DNA from: Verrucomicrobia bacterium UBA3869
Lineage (GTDB): Bacteria; Verrucomicrobiota; Verrucomicrobiia; Opitutales; UBA9783
Length of the DNA: 32,000 nt
Direction: 5' to 3'
Assembly (NCBI GenBank): GCA_002392285.1
Contig: DGGR01000041.1
Location: forward strand, 31,227 to 63,226
Shown: piece after piece, positions 17,172-26,459 of the stretch
How positions within the stretch are numbered: the first letter of the stretch is position 1
How the letters are laid out: every line of letters begins with the position of its first letter
Made by a program: the position numbers and the translations under genes
The notes under the pieces: model-generated
Told to the model about the DNA's origin: nothing
The model's database searches: none
What the model saw: the letters and a program-made list of their open reading frames with translations, nothing else

Positions 17172-18688
17172 CGTTTCTGTAGATAGCGCTTCCATAAGGG
17201 TTGCAGGAGCGAAAAGTACTTACGTTCTAATGTCAACAATCCTAGTCCGTAGATCAACAGGCCTGCACTGATAACACCGCCTAAATAAAGCGTATCGTGC
17301 AGTTTATTGTAGGACCAAGGAATTTGCCGATTAATGAAGACTAAGAACACCCCCAAAAGGATATTGCTGATCCAAGGAATGTGCAGCAGGGATTGATAGC
17401 TGACCTTCAAATTGGGGTATTGGTTCTGGAGGCTGCGGATTTGTAGCCACAGCTGGACTCCATTGCTGACAACGGATGCCCAAACCAACCCAGGAACTTG
17501 AAACAAATGGGATAATCCCAAGGCGCTGATTAAATAGGCAATGAAGGTAAAAAAGCTGATTTTTACAGGGATCATTGCCTCATGATGGGCGTAAAAGATA
17601 CGGGGAAATAGTGCAGTTAACCCAAACAAGGGAAGTCCAATGGTAAAAATACGCAACAGAGGAACAACCTGCTCCACCGATTGACTTGCAAAACGATTCC
17701 AGCAGAAGAATACATTAAGGATGGGGCTTGCTAAACACGCAAGGCCAATTGCCGATGGGATTAATAGCAGCTGCAGCAGTTGAATATGATTGTGGAGCAG
17801 TTGGTGGGTATGCTGCGTGTCGTTTTGAGCGATGGACAACGACAGTTTGGGAAGTAGGATGGAGATGATGGAAAAAGCAAATAGGCCTAACGGAAGCTCT
17901 AGGAAACGATTAGCAAGGTATAAGAACGAAACGCTGGTTGGATCAATAGCATAGGCAAATAACCGTCCACAGAGGGCATTGATTTGGTAAATAGCGACCC
18001 CCAAAATGCTGGGGACAAATAGATGCCATACTTCGGTAAAGCCCTCATCTGGTTCCCAACACCAACTAACAGGATAACCTTTGCGTTTGAGTTGCCCTTT
18101 GGGTAGAATCCATTGAAAAAAGCCACCGATTACAACGCTTAGCGATAGCACCATCACCCATTGCATCGGTGTAGCGTATAGCCGGCAACAAGCGATCCCT
18201 AGAATCATGGTCAGATTGAGCAAAATAGGTGAGAAGGCGGTGATAGCAAAGGCATTCAATACGTTTAGAGTGCCATTCAGTAAGGCTGCGTTACAAATAA
18301 ACCATAGGTAAGGCAGCATGAGGGTGGTTAGTTCGCAAACCACATACCATTTAGAACAGGATATGCCGCGCATCAATAACCGTAAAAAAACACCCACGCA
18401 TAGCGTTGAAACGCCTAAATACACACCAAATTTGGAGAAAAAAATGTTTAAAAACTTAGCAGCCGTGGTGGGATGTTGCGCATAGCGTTTAGAAAACACG
18501 GGAATAAATGCAGCACTTAAGGCACCTTCTCCGCAGAGTCGACGAAACAGATTAGGAATGGCAAACGCAATTAAAAACGCTGAGGTTTCCATGGATGCTC
18601 CCAGCATGGAAAACAAGAGAATATCGCGCAAAAATCCTGAAATACGGGAGAAAAATGTCCCAGTAATCATTTTTAACAACGCATGCAT
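17168..18688 (-). CDS. murJ: lipid II flippase MurJ (MviN)
   Basis: 506 aa and polytopic. The N-terminus (FFSRISGFLRDILLFSMLGAS...AFLIAFAIPNLFRRLCGEGALSAAFIPVF) matches the MurJ signature. Its ATG directly follows the batE stop (TAAATG). Confidence 0.9.
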   Translation of the reverse strand: MHALLKMITGTFFSRISGFLRDILLFSMLGASMETSAFLIAFAIPNLFRRLCGEGALSAAFIPVFSKRYAQHPTTAAKFLNIFFSKFGVYLGVSTLCVGVFLRLLMRGISCSKWYVVCELTTLMLPYLWFICNAALLNGTLNVLNAFAITAFSPILLNLTMILGIACCRLYATPMQWVMVLSLSVVIGGFFQWILPKGQLKRKGYPVSWCWEPDEGFTEVWHLFVPSILGVAIYQINALCGRLFAYAIDPTSVSFLYLANRFLELPLGLFAFSIISILLPKLSLSIAQNDTQHTHQLLHNHIQLLQLLLIPSAIGLACLASPILNVFFCWNRFASQSVEQVVPLLRIFTIGLPLFGLTALFPRIFYAHHEAMIPVKISFFTFIAYLISALGLSHLFQVPGLVWASVVSNGVQLWLQIRSLQNQYPNLKVSYQSLLHIPWISNILLGVFLVFINRQIPWSYNKLHDTLYLGGVISAGLLIYGLGLLTLERKYFSLLQPLWKRYLQKR

Positions 18689-19411
18689 TTAGCGTAATGA
18701 AAACAAATGTTTTTTCAAAATCCAGCCATCTTCGTCGGTTAAGGTGCTAACAAAGTAATAATCTGCCTGTTCGGCTTTAATCCAACAAAAAGTTCCCATA
18801 GGCCATTGATAACGCGTTGGGCTTTGAGTGCTGGGGGCAAAATACCCAGTGGTTTTTTCAGGCAATACGCACAAGGAGCGATAGGGAGCGTTAGCCATTA
18901 TCCCAATGCTTGTGGTTAAGCCTATACCTCCGAACACGAGGGATAGTGCTAAGCAATAAGTCCGTTTGTGGCCCCAAAAATAGAGCGTTAATAGTATAGC
19001 ACAGACCCAAAAAGCACCTGCCGCCATCCATCGCCAAGTGCTATCGGTTAAAAACGTAAAAGCATTATAATACCAAGGGAAGGTAGGGGAATATAAATCA
19101 GGGCATTCGGTATACAATTGATGGATTGCCTGGCGATTAGCCTGCCACCGAGGATCGCATCGTTGGGCTTTTAACAAGTAGGCTAAGGCCCATCCGTATT
19201 GACCGTTATGGGCATAAGCCTGCCCTATGTTATGGTAAACTTGAGGGCTTTGACCGAACGCCAGCGCTTGTTGGTAGGATTCAATCGCCTGCTTAAAGTG
19301 CTGATGACTAAAGTGTTGATTGCCAGCCTGAAACGCAGCTTCGGCTTCTGACTGATTGATGGCAGACAACACACCCGGCAGTAATAATAGGAACAACAAA
19401 TAAGGTTTCAT
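18689..19411 (-). CDS. batE: BatE-like protein: signal peptide, TPR repeats, TM helices, C-terminal SH3b-like domain
   Basis: I trimmed the start to the ATG at 19409-19411, which gives MKPYLLFLLLLPGVLSA and an ATGA overlap with the batD stop. The longer track ORF lies inside batD. The domain order and its position after batD match the Bacteroides bat operon. Confidence 0.7.
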   Translation of the reverse strand: MKPYLLFLLLLPGVLSAINQSEAEAAFQAGNQHFSHQHFKQAIESYQQALAFGQSPQVYHNIGQAYAHNGQYGWALAYLLKAQRCDPRWQANRQAIHQLYTECPDLYSPTFPWYYNAFTFLTDSTWRWMAAGAFWVCAILLTLYFWGHKRTYCLALSLVFGGIGLTTSIGIMANAPYRSLCVLPEKTTGYFAPSTQSPTRYQWPMGTFCWIKAEQADYYFVSTLTDEDGWILKKHLFSLR

Positions 19412-21153
19412 CGGAGGGTATGTATAAGGTTTTTGATCGCATCTAAGGAATCGGGCATAGGTACATTGTGGCGTCCAAATTGTCCTTCTTGGTACCGTTG
19501 CTCTAAGGTACGCAACAATTGGATTTGGTCGGCACTTAACTGAGCCAGCTTCCCTCCCAATGCCGCTTCTAATGAACTTCCATGATGGATGAGTTCGCAT
19601 TCGATAAGGGCATGGGTGGCTGCGTAAAAGGCTACGCTTTGTTGCTGTTGGAATGCATGTTGTAGGTCGTGTTCCAAGTGCGCAACGGTTTGTTTATAGT
19701 GTTTGTGCGTATGATGCGTTGGCTTTTGAATGCGTTTATACAAGCCAATACTGGTGATGAACCCTAAGGCCAACATCAGCTGGATAGGCCAAAACCAAGC
19801 GGTATGAGAATGAATCCATTGAGGGGCTTCGAGCACATTAGGATGGTCGAATGAATGATGAGGCGTTATCGGGTTTTGTTGGGCAGCAGTTTTTGTTTTA
19901 ACGGTGGGTTGTTCAGCAATCACTGGATTTGGTTGTGGCGCGTGAATGGCAGGTTTAACCGATATAAATTGTCCTGCAGACTTGAGGGTTTGGTATTGTT
20001 TGGTTTCCGGGTTAAAGTAGCAAAATTCAACGGATGGCAAGGATAAAGCGCCTTCTTTAAGCGGAACAACCGTGTAGGTAAATTGCATTACGCCCTGATA
20101 TCCATAGTCATCTTTTGCTTCAAAGACGGCCTTGGGGTCATACGCACGCCAAATAGTTGGGTCGTAGTGTAGTTGGGGGGCTTGGATGGCTGAAAAATTC
20201 CCCTTTCCGCTAATGCTAAGTCTTAGCGATACGGGTTCGTTTTGAATCCGTTCATTTTCAATAATTTTTAAGGGTAATAACGAAAATTGTCCTATGCCCT
20301 GTGAAAATTGCTGTGGAAGCGGTGTGGGCAACGGCAGCACTTCGACTGGAACGGATTCTGTGGTTATTTGCAGGGGTTCTAGTTTATGTACCCCTAGGCT
20401 TTGAAACATCGAAAATGCATCGGTTGGGTCATCGAACGGATTTCTGGATTTTACCATCTTATCCACTTGAACTACAATGGAAACCTGTAAGTTGGTTTTA
20501 GCCGGTTGAAAGGCGGTTATAAGAGCCGGCCAGGTAAGCGTCAGGTAGGTTTGACCATTGATCGTGGTGGATGATGTTTTGGGCTCATCCGGAAGCTTAA
20601 AGGCCGAAAAGGCTTCGTTGGAATGCGTCGGATAGGAGGCAATTTGACCATGAATATGTGGTTTAATGGCTAATTGCAGGTTCATTGGATAGCATTGCCC
20701 CACATACCATTGGGTCGGCAGGGGATGCGTGCAACGGAATTCAATGCCTTCTTGCCGAACGACCGGAAGGGGTTCGTCGACCGAAAAGGTTATTTCCGGG
20801 ATCGTGAACGATCCTTTGCTGCCCGTACAGCGAAACGAAGGGATGACGAACGTCCCTGGTTTTTGAGGGCGTAAACGAAAATGCAGAGCTTCTTCGTGCG
20901 TTTGCTTGCCGTTAATAAACAGCGTATTGATCGATTTACCTTCGTAATAGATTTCTAGGTCCTTTACGGTTGGCAATTGGTATTGTAATTGCCCCATAGA
21001 TTGATGAGCGGTAATGATTAAAAATATCGGTTGATGGAGCGCAGGACGCTCAGGCTCAATGCGCGTTGTAACCTCTAGGATTTTTTGTGTGTCCGCCAAA
21101 ACAGCACATCCACAGCCGATTAACATTAGTATCCAAACGATAATTCGTTTCAT
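19408..21153 (-). CDS. batD: BatD-family (oxygen tolerance) protein
   Basis: 581 aa with a signal peptide (MKRIIVWILMLIGCGCAVLA), long beta-rich repeats, a late TM helix (WFWPIQLMLALGFITSIGLY) and a short cytoplasmic tail. Its position between batC and batE supports the call. Confidence 0.7.
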   Translation of the reverse strand: MKRIIVWILMLIGCGCAVLADTQKILEVTTRIEPERPALHQPIFLIITAHQSMGQLQYQLPTVKDLEIYYEGKSINTLFINGKQTHEEALHFRLRPQKPGTFVIPSFRCTGSKGSFTIPEITFSVDEPLPVVRQEGIEFRCTHPLPTQWYVGQCYPMNLQLAIKPHIHGQIASYPTHSNEAFSAFKLPDEPKTSSTTINGQTYLTLTWPALITAFQPAKTNLQVSIVVQVDKMVKSRNPFDDPTDAFSMFQSLGVHKLEPLQITTESVPVEVLPLPTPLPQQFSQGIGQFSLLPLKIIENERIQNEPVSLRLSISGKGNFSAIQAPQLHYDPTIWRAYDPKAVFEAKDDYGYQGVMQFTYTVVPLKEGALSLPSVEFCYFNPETKQYQTLKSAGQFISVKPAIHAPQPNPVIAEQPTVKTKTAAQQNPITPHHSFDHPNVLEAPQWIHSHTAWFWPIQLMLALGFITSIGLYKRIQKPTHHTHKHYKQTVAHLEHDLQHAFQQQQSVAFYAATHALIECELIHHGSSLEAALGGKLAQLSADQIQLLRTLEQRYQEGQFGRHNVPMPDSLDAIKNLIHTLR

Positions 21154-21154
21154 A

Positions 21155-21901
21155 TTACCAATCTTTTAGCACGGGTTCGTGGTTTTGGGGAGCCGAAAAA
21201 TGGACAGGAAACAATTTTTCATTTTGTTGCTCTTGTTTTAGCAATAGCTCACTGGTTTGCTGCTCTTCGTTGGCGCTTTGTTTTTCTTGCTCCTCCTGAG
21301 GGGTTTGTTGCGAATTGTTGGCCGCCGGCTCTTGAGCTTGTTCTTGTTCTTGCTTTTGCGGTTGCTGGTTTTGCTGTTCTTGCTGCTGGTTATCACGCGA
21401 GGGGTGTTGTTGGTCCTTGTCCGATGTGTTTTGCTGCTGATTATCCTGCTGCTGTTGCTTGCTCTGTTTCTTTTTTAACTCCTCTAATAATTTTTGTACC
21501 GTTGAACGATTGGCCTGAGCATCCTGAGCTGTTTGATCAAACGCCAAGGCGGCATCATAGGCCTGTAAACTTTTTTCTAGCAAGGCTATCTTAGCAGGCA
21601 ATTGCCCCTGTAAGGATTTTGCTTTTTCAAAATACGCATGTCCTAGGTTGTAAAAAATGTTCCCCTGCTTATCTTTTTGTTGACACCGTTGCAGCGCTTG
21701 ATGGTTCGCTGCTATAGCTTTATCATATTGGGTGTTTTGGTCATAGGCACGTGCTAAGTTATAATGACATTTCCAATCTTTTGGGTGCGTTTGACATTGG
21801 TGCTGCAATTGCTGCAGATTCTGATGGCGCTCGATTGTATCAGAAGCAGCAGCCCCTAGGGAGCAAGGCATCAATAACAGCCAATAATAATGACGTTTCA
21901 T
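21155..21901 (-). CDS. batC: BatC-like TPR protein with a Gln/Glu-rich tail
   Basis: 248 aa with a signal peptide, TPR motifs (YNLARAYDQ, YNLGHAYFE), an ~85-residue Q/E/K-rich low-complexity region and a C-terminal KDW. Confidence 0.7.
   Translation of the reverse strand: MKRHYYWLLLMPCSLGAAASDTIERHQNLQQLQHQCQTHPKDWKCHYNLARAYDQNTQYDKAIAANHQALQRCQQKDKQGNIFYNLGHAYFEKAKSLQGQLPAKIALLEKSLQAYDAALAFDQTAQDAQANRSTVQKLLEELKKKQSKQQQQDNQQQNTSDKDQQHPSRDNQQQEQQNQQPQKQEQEQAQEPAANNSQQTPQEEQEKQSANEEQQTSELLLKQEQQNEKLFPVHFSAPQNHEPVLKDW
21215..21475 (-). repeat. low-complexity CAA/CAG/GAA-rich coding tract (Q/E-rich region of BatC)
   Basis: Residues ~143-229 of BatC are dominated by Q, E, K and N. The antisense strand reads as a Leu-rich pseudo-ORF (21257..21478). 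Confidence 0.8.
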
Positions 21902-22899
21902 GCGTGTTTACGTTTCCTTAAGACATACAACAAAGGTTCAACGGCAAGCAAGATGAAGGTAGCCCATAAAAAGCCACGATACCGTTCAATCGGTTTTTGT
22001 TCGATACTTTCAAAATTTTCTTTGGGCAGCTGTTTGATGGCTAGGTCATAGATGTGCTGTAATCCATCGCCTGCATTTCCCAGTGGCGCGTAAAACCCTC
22101 CAGTTGTCGATGCAATGGTTTTTAGGGTCTGCTCATCCAAATGCGTAATGAGGGTATTCCCCCGATCATCCTTTTTGTAGATTTGCGTTCCATTGGGGGC
22201 GTCGATCAGAATGCTTCCGCCTTGGGTCGTTCCAATACCAATAGTATGTACTACAATGCCCGCTTTTTTAAGTACTTCGATGGCATGCCCAACGGTGCCG
22301 CTTAAATCCTCCCCGTCTGTAATCAGCATGAGATGTTTATAGGGTGCTTGGGGATTAAAACACTTTTGGGCTAACAGCAACGGAGCGGATAGGTTGGTCC
22401 CTCCGTGTTGAATGGTATCGGTGTTAATAGCCTGCAAGGAGGCTTTAAATGCACCAAAGTCGGTTGTGGGTGGGCATTGGAGGAAGGCGCTACCCGCAAA
22501 CGCAATCAAGCCCACTTGACTATCCTTGAGGGTTTTTGAAAGGTCGAGGATGCTCATTTTGGCTAACTCCAAGCGATTGGGTCGAACATCGTTTGCGAGC
22601 ATACTTTTGGACGTATCGAGTGCAAAGAGCATGGTAACGCCCCTATGCGGTATTTTTTCTAGGTGAAAACCCCATTGTGGGCGGGCGATTGCAAGGTCAA
22701 AGCTTACGATTGCAAGCGTCAAACAGAACGTCCGAAGTGCTTGATGTATCGGTTCGTGAGGCGGAACAATCGCTTGGGTTGCGGCTCCCCAACGCGCCAA
22801 GCGTTTGCGTTGGTTATAGCGTTGGCTTAGCATCCATGCGCTGATGCACAAGCTGATGAATACGGCTAACAAACCTAATTTGGGGGATGCAAAGGTCAT
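21898..22899 (-). CDS. batB: von Willebrand factor A domain membrane protein BatB
   Basis: 333 aa with N-terminal TM helices, a MIDAS motif (DTSKSM), a downstream LITDGED motif and a C-terminal TM helix. There are ATGA overlaps on both sides. Confidence 0.8.
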   Translation of the reverse strand: MTFASPKLGLLAVFISLCISAWMLSQRYNQRKRLARWGAATQAIVPPHEPIHQALRTFCLTLAIVSFDLAIARPQWGFHLEKIPHRGVTMLFALDTSKSMLANDVRPNRLELAKMSILDLSKTLKDSQVGLIAFAGSAFLQCPPTTDFGAFKASLQAINTDTIQHGGTNLSAPLLLAQKCFNPQAPYKHLMLITDGEDLSGTVGHAIEVLKKAGIVVHTIGIGTTQGGSILIDAPNGTQIYKKDDRGNTLITHLDEQTLKTIASTTGGFYAPLGNAGDGLQHIYDLAIKQLPKENFESIEQKPIERYRGFLWATFILLAVEPLLYVLRKRKHA

Positions 22900-23840
22900 G
22901 ATACAACGCGGTAACGGTACAAACGCAACAAGGCTTCGGTTATTAATCCTAATGCAGCCAACAGAAGGAAGTATTGGAAATAATCGTTTTGGGTTTGATA
23001 ATCCTCAGCGGCGTGTTTGCTGGTTTCCAGCGTATCGATTTCATGGTAAATCATACGCAGGGTTTTGAAATCATAGGCGCGATAGAATTTGCCTTGTGTG
23101 GTTTGAGCGATGGCCGACAGAACCGATTCATCAGCAGGCAGCACCTGGTCGTTGCCTACCAAAATAGTATAAATCTTAATGTTGAAGCTTTTAGCCAACT
23201 TAGCGGCCATGGTTGGGGATATCGTGCCACAATTATTAACCCCGTCGGTGAGTAAAATGATAATTCGACTTTTATGCGCTTGGTCTTTCATGCGATTAAT
23301 ACCCATGGAGATGGCGCTACCAATAGCAGTTCCATCTTCAATCAGTCCTGCCTTAAGTCGTTTTAGGTTATCCAGCAGCCAATGATGCCTTAAGGTAAGG
23401 GGGCTTACCAAGTAAGGATAACGGGCAAACGAAATGAGTCCGATTCGGTCATTGGGGCGCTGATGGATAAATTCTTCAATAACGTTTTTAGCTGCTTGAA
23501 TACGGGTGGTACGCTTGCCAAGGGAGGATACAAAATCGGGAGCCAGCATGGAGGTGGATAAATCAAGCGCCAATAAGATATCGATGCCATTTTTTTCGCT
23601 ATCGGTGTATGCAGTAACCATTTGCGGGCGAGTCAGCGCTAGGATGATACATCCCAACGATAAGGCACGCGCCAACAGAGGAATTTTAACGGGGTTAGTG
23701 GATAAAGGAGCCAGCGCTTGAGTGGATGCATGTGCTACAAAGCGTTTAGCGTGCCACGTGCGTACAGCGTACCAATACCATACGGGAAGCCATAGGAGGT
23801 TGAACAAAACCCAAAGGTGTTTGAAGGCAAAGGTGGTCAT
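22896..23840 (-). CDS. batA: von Willebrand factor A domain membrane protein BatA
   Basis: 314 aa with N-terminal TM helices, a MIDAS motif (DLSTSM), LLTDGVNN and a C-terminal TM helix. Confidence 0.8.
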   Translation of the reverse strand: MTTFAFKHLWVLFNLLWLPVWYWYAVRTWHAKRFVAHASTQALAPLSTNPVKIPLLARALSLGCIILALTRPQMVTAYTDSEKNGIDILLALDLSTSMLAPDFVSSLGKRTTRIQAAKNVIEEFIHQRPNDRIGLISFARYPYLVSPLTLRHHWLLDNLKRLKAGLIEDGTAIGSAISMGINRMKDQAHKSRIIILLTDGVNNCGTISPTMAAKLAKSFNIKIYTILVGNDQVLPADESVLSAIAQTTQGKFYRAYDFKTLRMIYHEIDTLETSKHAAEDYQTQNDYFQYFLLLAALGLITEALLRLYRYRVVS

Positions 23841-24505
23841 GACGATTTGGGTTGTTCCATCAAAGGTTCTGGGTGCGCAAGCTTTTCTGATAATGTCAGA
23901 ATCAATTCAGCTTGCTGGTACAGTTTCATGCGCTCGGAAGGCGTGCAAGGCAAGGTGGTAAATTTGATTAGGTCGCATGCATGGCTGAATTGCGTAATCA
24001 ACATTCGTAATTCATCATTGAGCCGTTCGCAATGCGGCAATTGTACCAAGAGCTCATCGGTCGTACATTCCGGCGCAGGTAATTGAAAAGTTTGAGATAG
24101 GTACACGCGTAAGGCGTCGGATAGCGCAAATCCTAGTAATTTGGGGTCGGGAGCATCTATGTACTGTTTGGCGTTTTTTAGCTGCTGGAATGCCGCTTCC
24201 AACGGGGTAATGGATACAGTTACGATCGGTTTTTTATGCAGCCGCCGATAACCTAAATAGCCGATTAAGCACAGGAGTAGCAACAGGAGCGCTCCATAAA
24301 GCAGTAAGGGAGAACTGAGCGGTTCGGCAGGACGGAGAGGCAGTACGGTGTCAGTTATGGAAAAATCGTTGGCCTGCTGAAAGGGATTGAGCGTAATGCT
24401 TGGGTCGGGTGCTTGACCGAGTGCATTGGGGGGAAGTGCAGCAGCGCTTAGCGGCAAGTTCCAGCAAAACGCCAAGCAGCACATAACGATACAAAGGTTA
24501 GCCAT
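23837..24505 (-). CDS. small membrane protein in the DUF4381 position of MoxR-Bat operons
   Basis: 222 aa with an N-terminal hydrophobic segment and one central TM helix (LLLYGALLLLLLCLIGYLGY). It sits between the DUF58 gene and batA, as in bat operons. The family call rests on position and architecture only. Confidence 0.5.
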   Translation of the reverse strand: MANLCIVMCCLAFCWNLPLSAAALPPNALGQAPDPSITLNPFQQANDFSITDTVLPLRPAEPLSSPLLLYGALLLLLLCLIGYLGYRRLHKKPIVTVSITPLEAAFQQLKNAKQYIDAPDPKLLGFALSDALRVYLSQTFQLPAPECTTDELLVQLPHCERLNDELRMLITQFSHACDLIKFTTLPCTPSERMKLYQQAELILTLSEKLAHPEPLMEQPKSS

Positions 24506-25401
24506 TAGGATTTACGCTGAATAAATAGGTTAAGGGCGTTTATGTACGGTTGTTGGTTGATGAGGGTTAACATACGAACACCGTACGGTTGAATCGCTTT
24601 TTCAAATGCCTGCCACCGAGCCTTTTGGTGTTGCTCGTAAATAGCGCGTGTGTGTGCATTCCCGGTATCTATATAAAGTGTTTGCTGAGTTTCTGCATCC
24701 TCTAAAGCAATAAAGCCTACGTTGGGTAATGTTTGTTCCCGGGGATCTTCTAAACGGATGCACAACAGGTCGTGCTTTTGTTTGATCCGACGGAGCGTTT
24801 TAAACAGTTTATCTTGATCGGCCGATGCCGGTTGGATGAAATCGGATAAAACGCATATAATCGACCGTTTTTTCAATAGGTGCATCAGCGCTTGCAGGCT
24901 ACTCACCAAATCGGTTTGTTGGTGTTGCGCTTGGAAGAACAGCCCTTCGCGAATAAAGGTATAGAGTTGGTTTGGATTCCTTTTGGGAGGAATAAACGTT
25001 TCAATGTGGTCTGAACATAAGCATAATCCCACACGGTCGCGGTTTTTTAATGCAGAATAAGCCAAGGTAGCGCCGATTTCGGTTGCAAATTGGCGTTTGG
25101 ATATGCCGGTTCCGCATGCAACCGATCCGCTGATGTCCATAACCACCAGAAGGGTTAAATCCCGCTCTTCGCAAAAAATCTTCACCACCGGCTTGTTCAG
25201 TTTGGCGGTTGAATTCCAATCGATTGATCGGATATCATCTCCGAAGGCATAGGGACGTAAGGAATCGAACACCAATCCGTTGCCCTTAAAGGTGCTATTG
25301 TAGGTGCCAGACAAACCGCCTTCTGTTTTAACCCGGTTTGTTAAATGAACAGCGCGAATTTTTTTAACAATCGCGTTTACAGCTGTGTCTTCTGGGGTCA
25401 C
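24505..25401 (-). CDS. DUF58-family protein (VWA-like, MoxR partner)
   Basis: 298 aa. RPYAFGDDIRSIDWNSTAKLNKPVVKIFCEERDLTLLVVMDISGS matches the DUF58 signature. Confidence 0.85.
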   Translation of the reverse strand: MTPEDTAVNAIVKKIRAVHLTNRVKTEGGLSGTYNSTFKGNGLVFDSLRPYAFGDDIRSIDWNSTAKLNKPVVKIFCEERDLTLLVVMDISGSVACGTGISKRQFATEIGATLAYSALKNRDRVGLCLCSDHIETFIPPKRNPNQLYTFIREGLFFQAQHQQTDLVSSLQALMHLLKKRSIICVLSDFIQPASADQDKLFKTLRRIKQKHDLLCIRLEDPREQTLPNVGFIALEDAETQQTLYIDTGNAHTRAIYEQHQKARWQAFEKAIQPYGVRMLTLINQQPYINALNLFIQRKS

Positions 25402-26402
25402 GGAACAGGGATGGTTTCTAAAATCTTGGTAATAATTTGGCTGCTGGTTACCCTATCCGATTCCGCTTCATAAGATAAGTTAATACGGTGACACAAAGCT
25501 GGGAATGCAACCGACTTAACATCTTGCGGGACTACATACCCACGACCTTGCAGGAACGCATGGACTTTTGCAGCAAGCGCGAGTGCAATGACCCCACGAG
25601 ATGATACTCCAAAGCGCAGCAAGGGTTTAATAGCCGCTAGGTTGTAATCCTCAGGCGTACGGGTTGCTTGAACTAAATCGACAATGTAGTTTTCAATTTT
25701 AGCATCGATGTAAATCTTATCGATCCAGCGTTGGGTTTCAAAAATTTCTTTTTCAGAAAAGAGCACATTTACCGGTTCAGGAGCCCGCAGTTGACTTTGG
25801 GTTTTAAGGATTTTTAGCTCAGTTTCTTTAGACGGATACGTTACCTCTAACTGCAACATAAAGCGGTCGATTTGCGCTTCTGGCAGCGGATAGGTCCCTT
25901 CTTGTTCAATGGGATTTTGGGTTGCTAGCACAAAAAACGGTTTAGGTAACGCATACGTTGTGTCTCCTAAGGTAACTTGGTGCTCTTGCATGCTTTCTAA
26001 CAGAGCGCTTTGTACTTTTGAGGGTGCACGATTGATTTCATCCGCCAATAAGATATGGGTGAAAATAGGGCCTTTTTTGGTGGTAAAACTACCGGCGCTT
26101 GGGTTATAGATGAGCGTTCCGGTAATGTCGGAAGGCAATAAATCAGGCGTAAATTGAATGCGGTTGAACTGCAATTTAAAGACCTGCGCTAAGGTTTTGA
26201 TCAGCAGGGTTTTCCCTAATCCTGGTAGACCTTCTAGCAATACATGCCCATTACCCAGTAAACCAATCAATAATCCTTCGAGTACATGGATCTCTCCCAA
26301 ATAGATTTTGGAAATTTCCAGCTTCAACTGTTCAATCCACCCACTGTGCGCTTGAATTTGCTCGTTGAGTTCACTTAAAGAAAGCGTGTCGGATGTTGTC
26401 AT
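25398..26402 (-). CDS. moxR: MoxR-family AAA+ ATPase
   Basis: 334 aa with a Walker A motif (GLPGLGKT), a Walker B motif (LLADEINRA) and ATQNPIEQEGTYPLPEAQIDRF, which is typical of MoxR. Confidence 0.9.
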   Translation of the reverse strand: MTTSDTLSLSELNEQIQAHSGWIEQLKLEISKIYLGEIHVLEGLLIGLLGNGHVLLEGLPGLGKTLLIKTLAQVFKLQFNRIQFTPDLLPSDITGTLIYNPSAGSFTTKKGPIFTHILLADEINRAPSKVQSALLESMQEHQVTLGDTTYALPKPFFVLATQNPIEQEGTYPLPEAQIDRFMLQLEVTYPSKETELKILKTQSQLRAPEPVNVLFSEKEIFETQRWIDKIYIDAKIENYIVDLVQATRTPEDYNLAAIKPLLRFGVSSRGVIALALAAKVHAFLQGRGYVVPQDVKSVAFPALCHRINLSYEAESDRVTSSQIITKILETIPVP

Positions 26403-26459
26403 AAATGATTATCAATCAGTGTACCTAAGCACCTGCGATAGGCAACCTAAAATTGGGCG

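Noticed and set aside
19412-19600. A 63-codon N-terminal extension of batE.
   Set aside because: It lies within batD. The ATG at 19411 gives a signal peptide and an ATGA overlap like the other junctions in the operon.
21257-21478. A Leu-rich 73-aa plus-strand ORF.
   Set aside because: It is the antisense reading of the CAA/CAG/GAA low-complexity tract of batC and is an artefact of codon composition.
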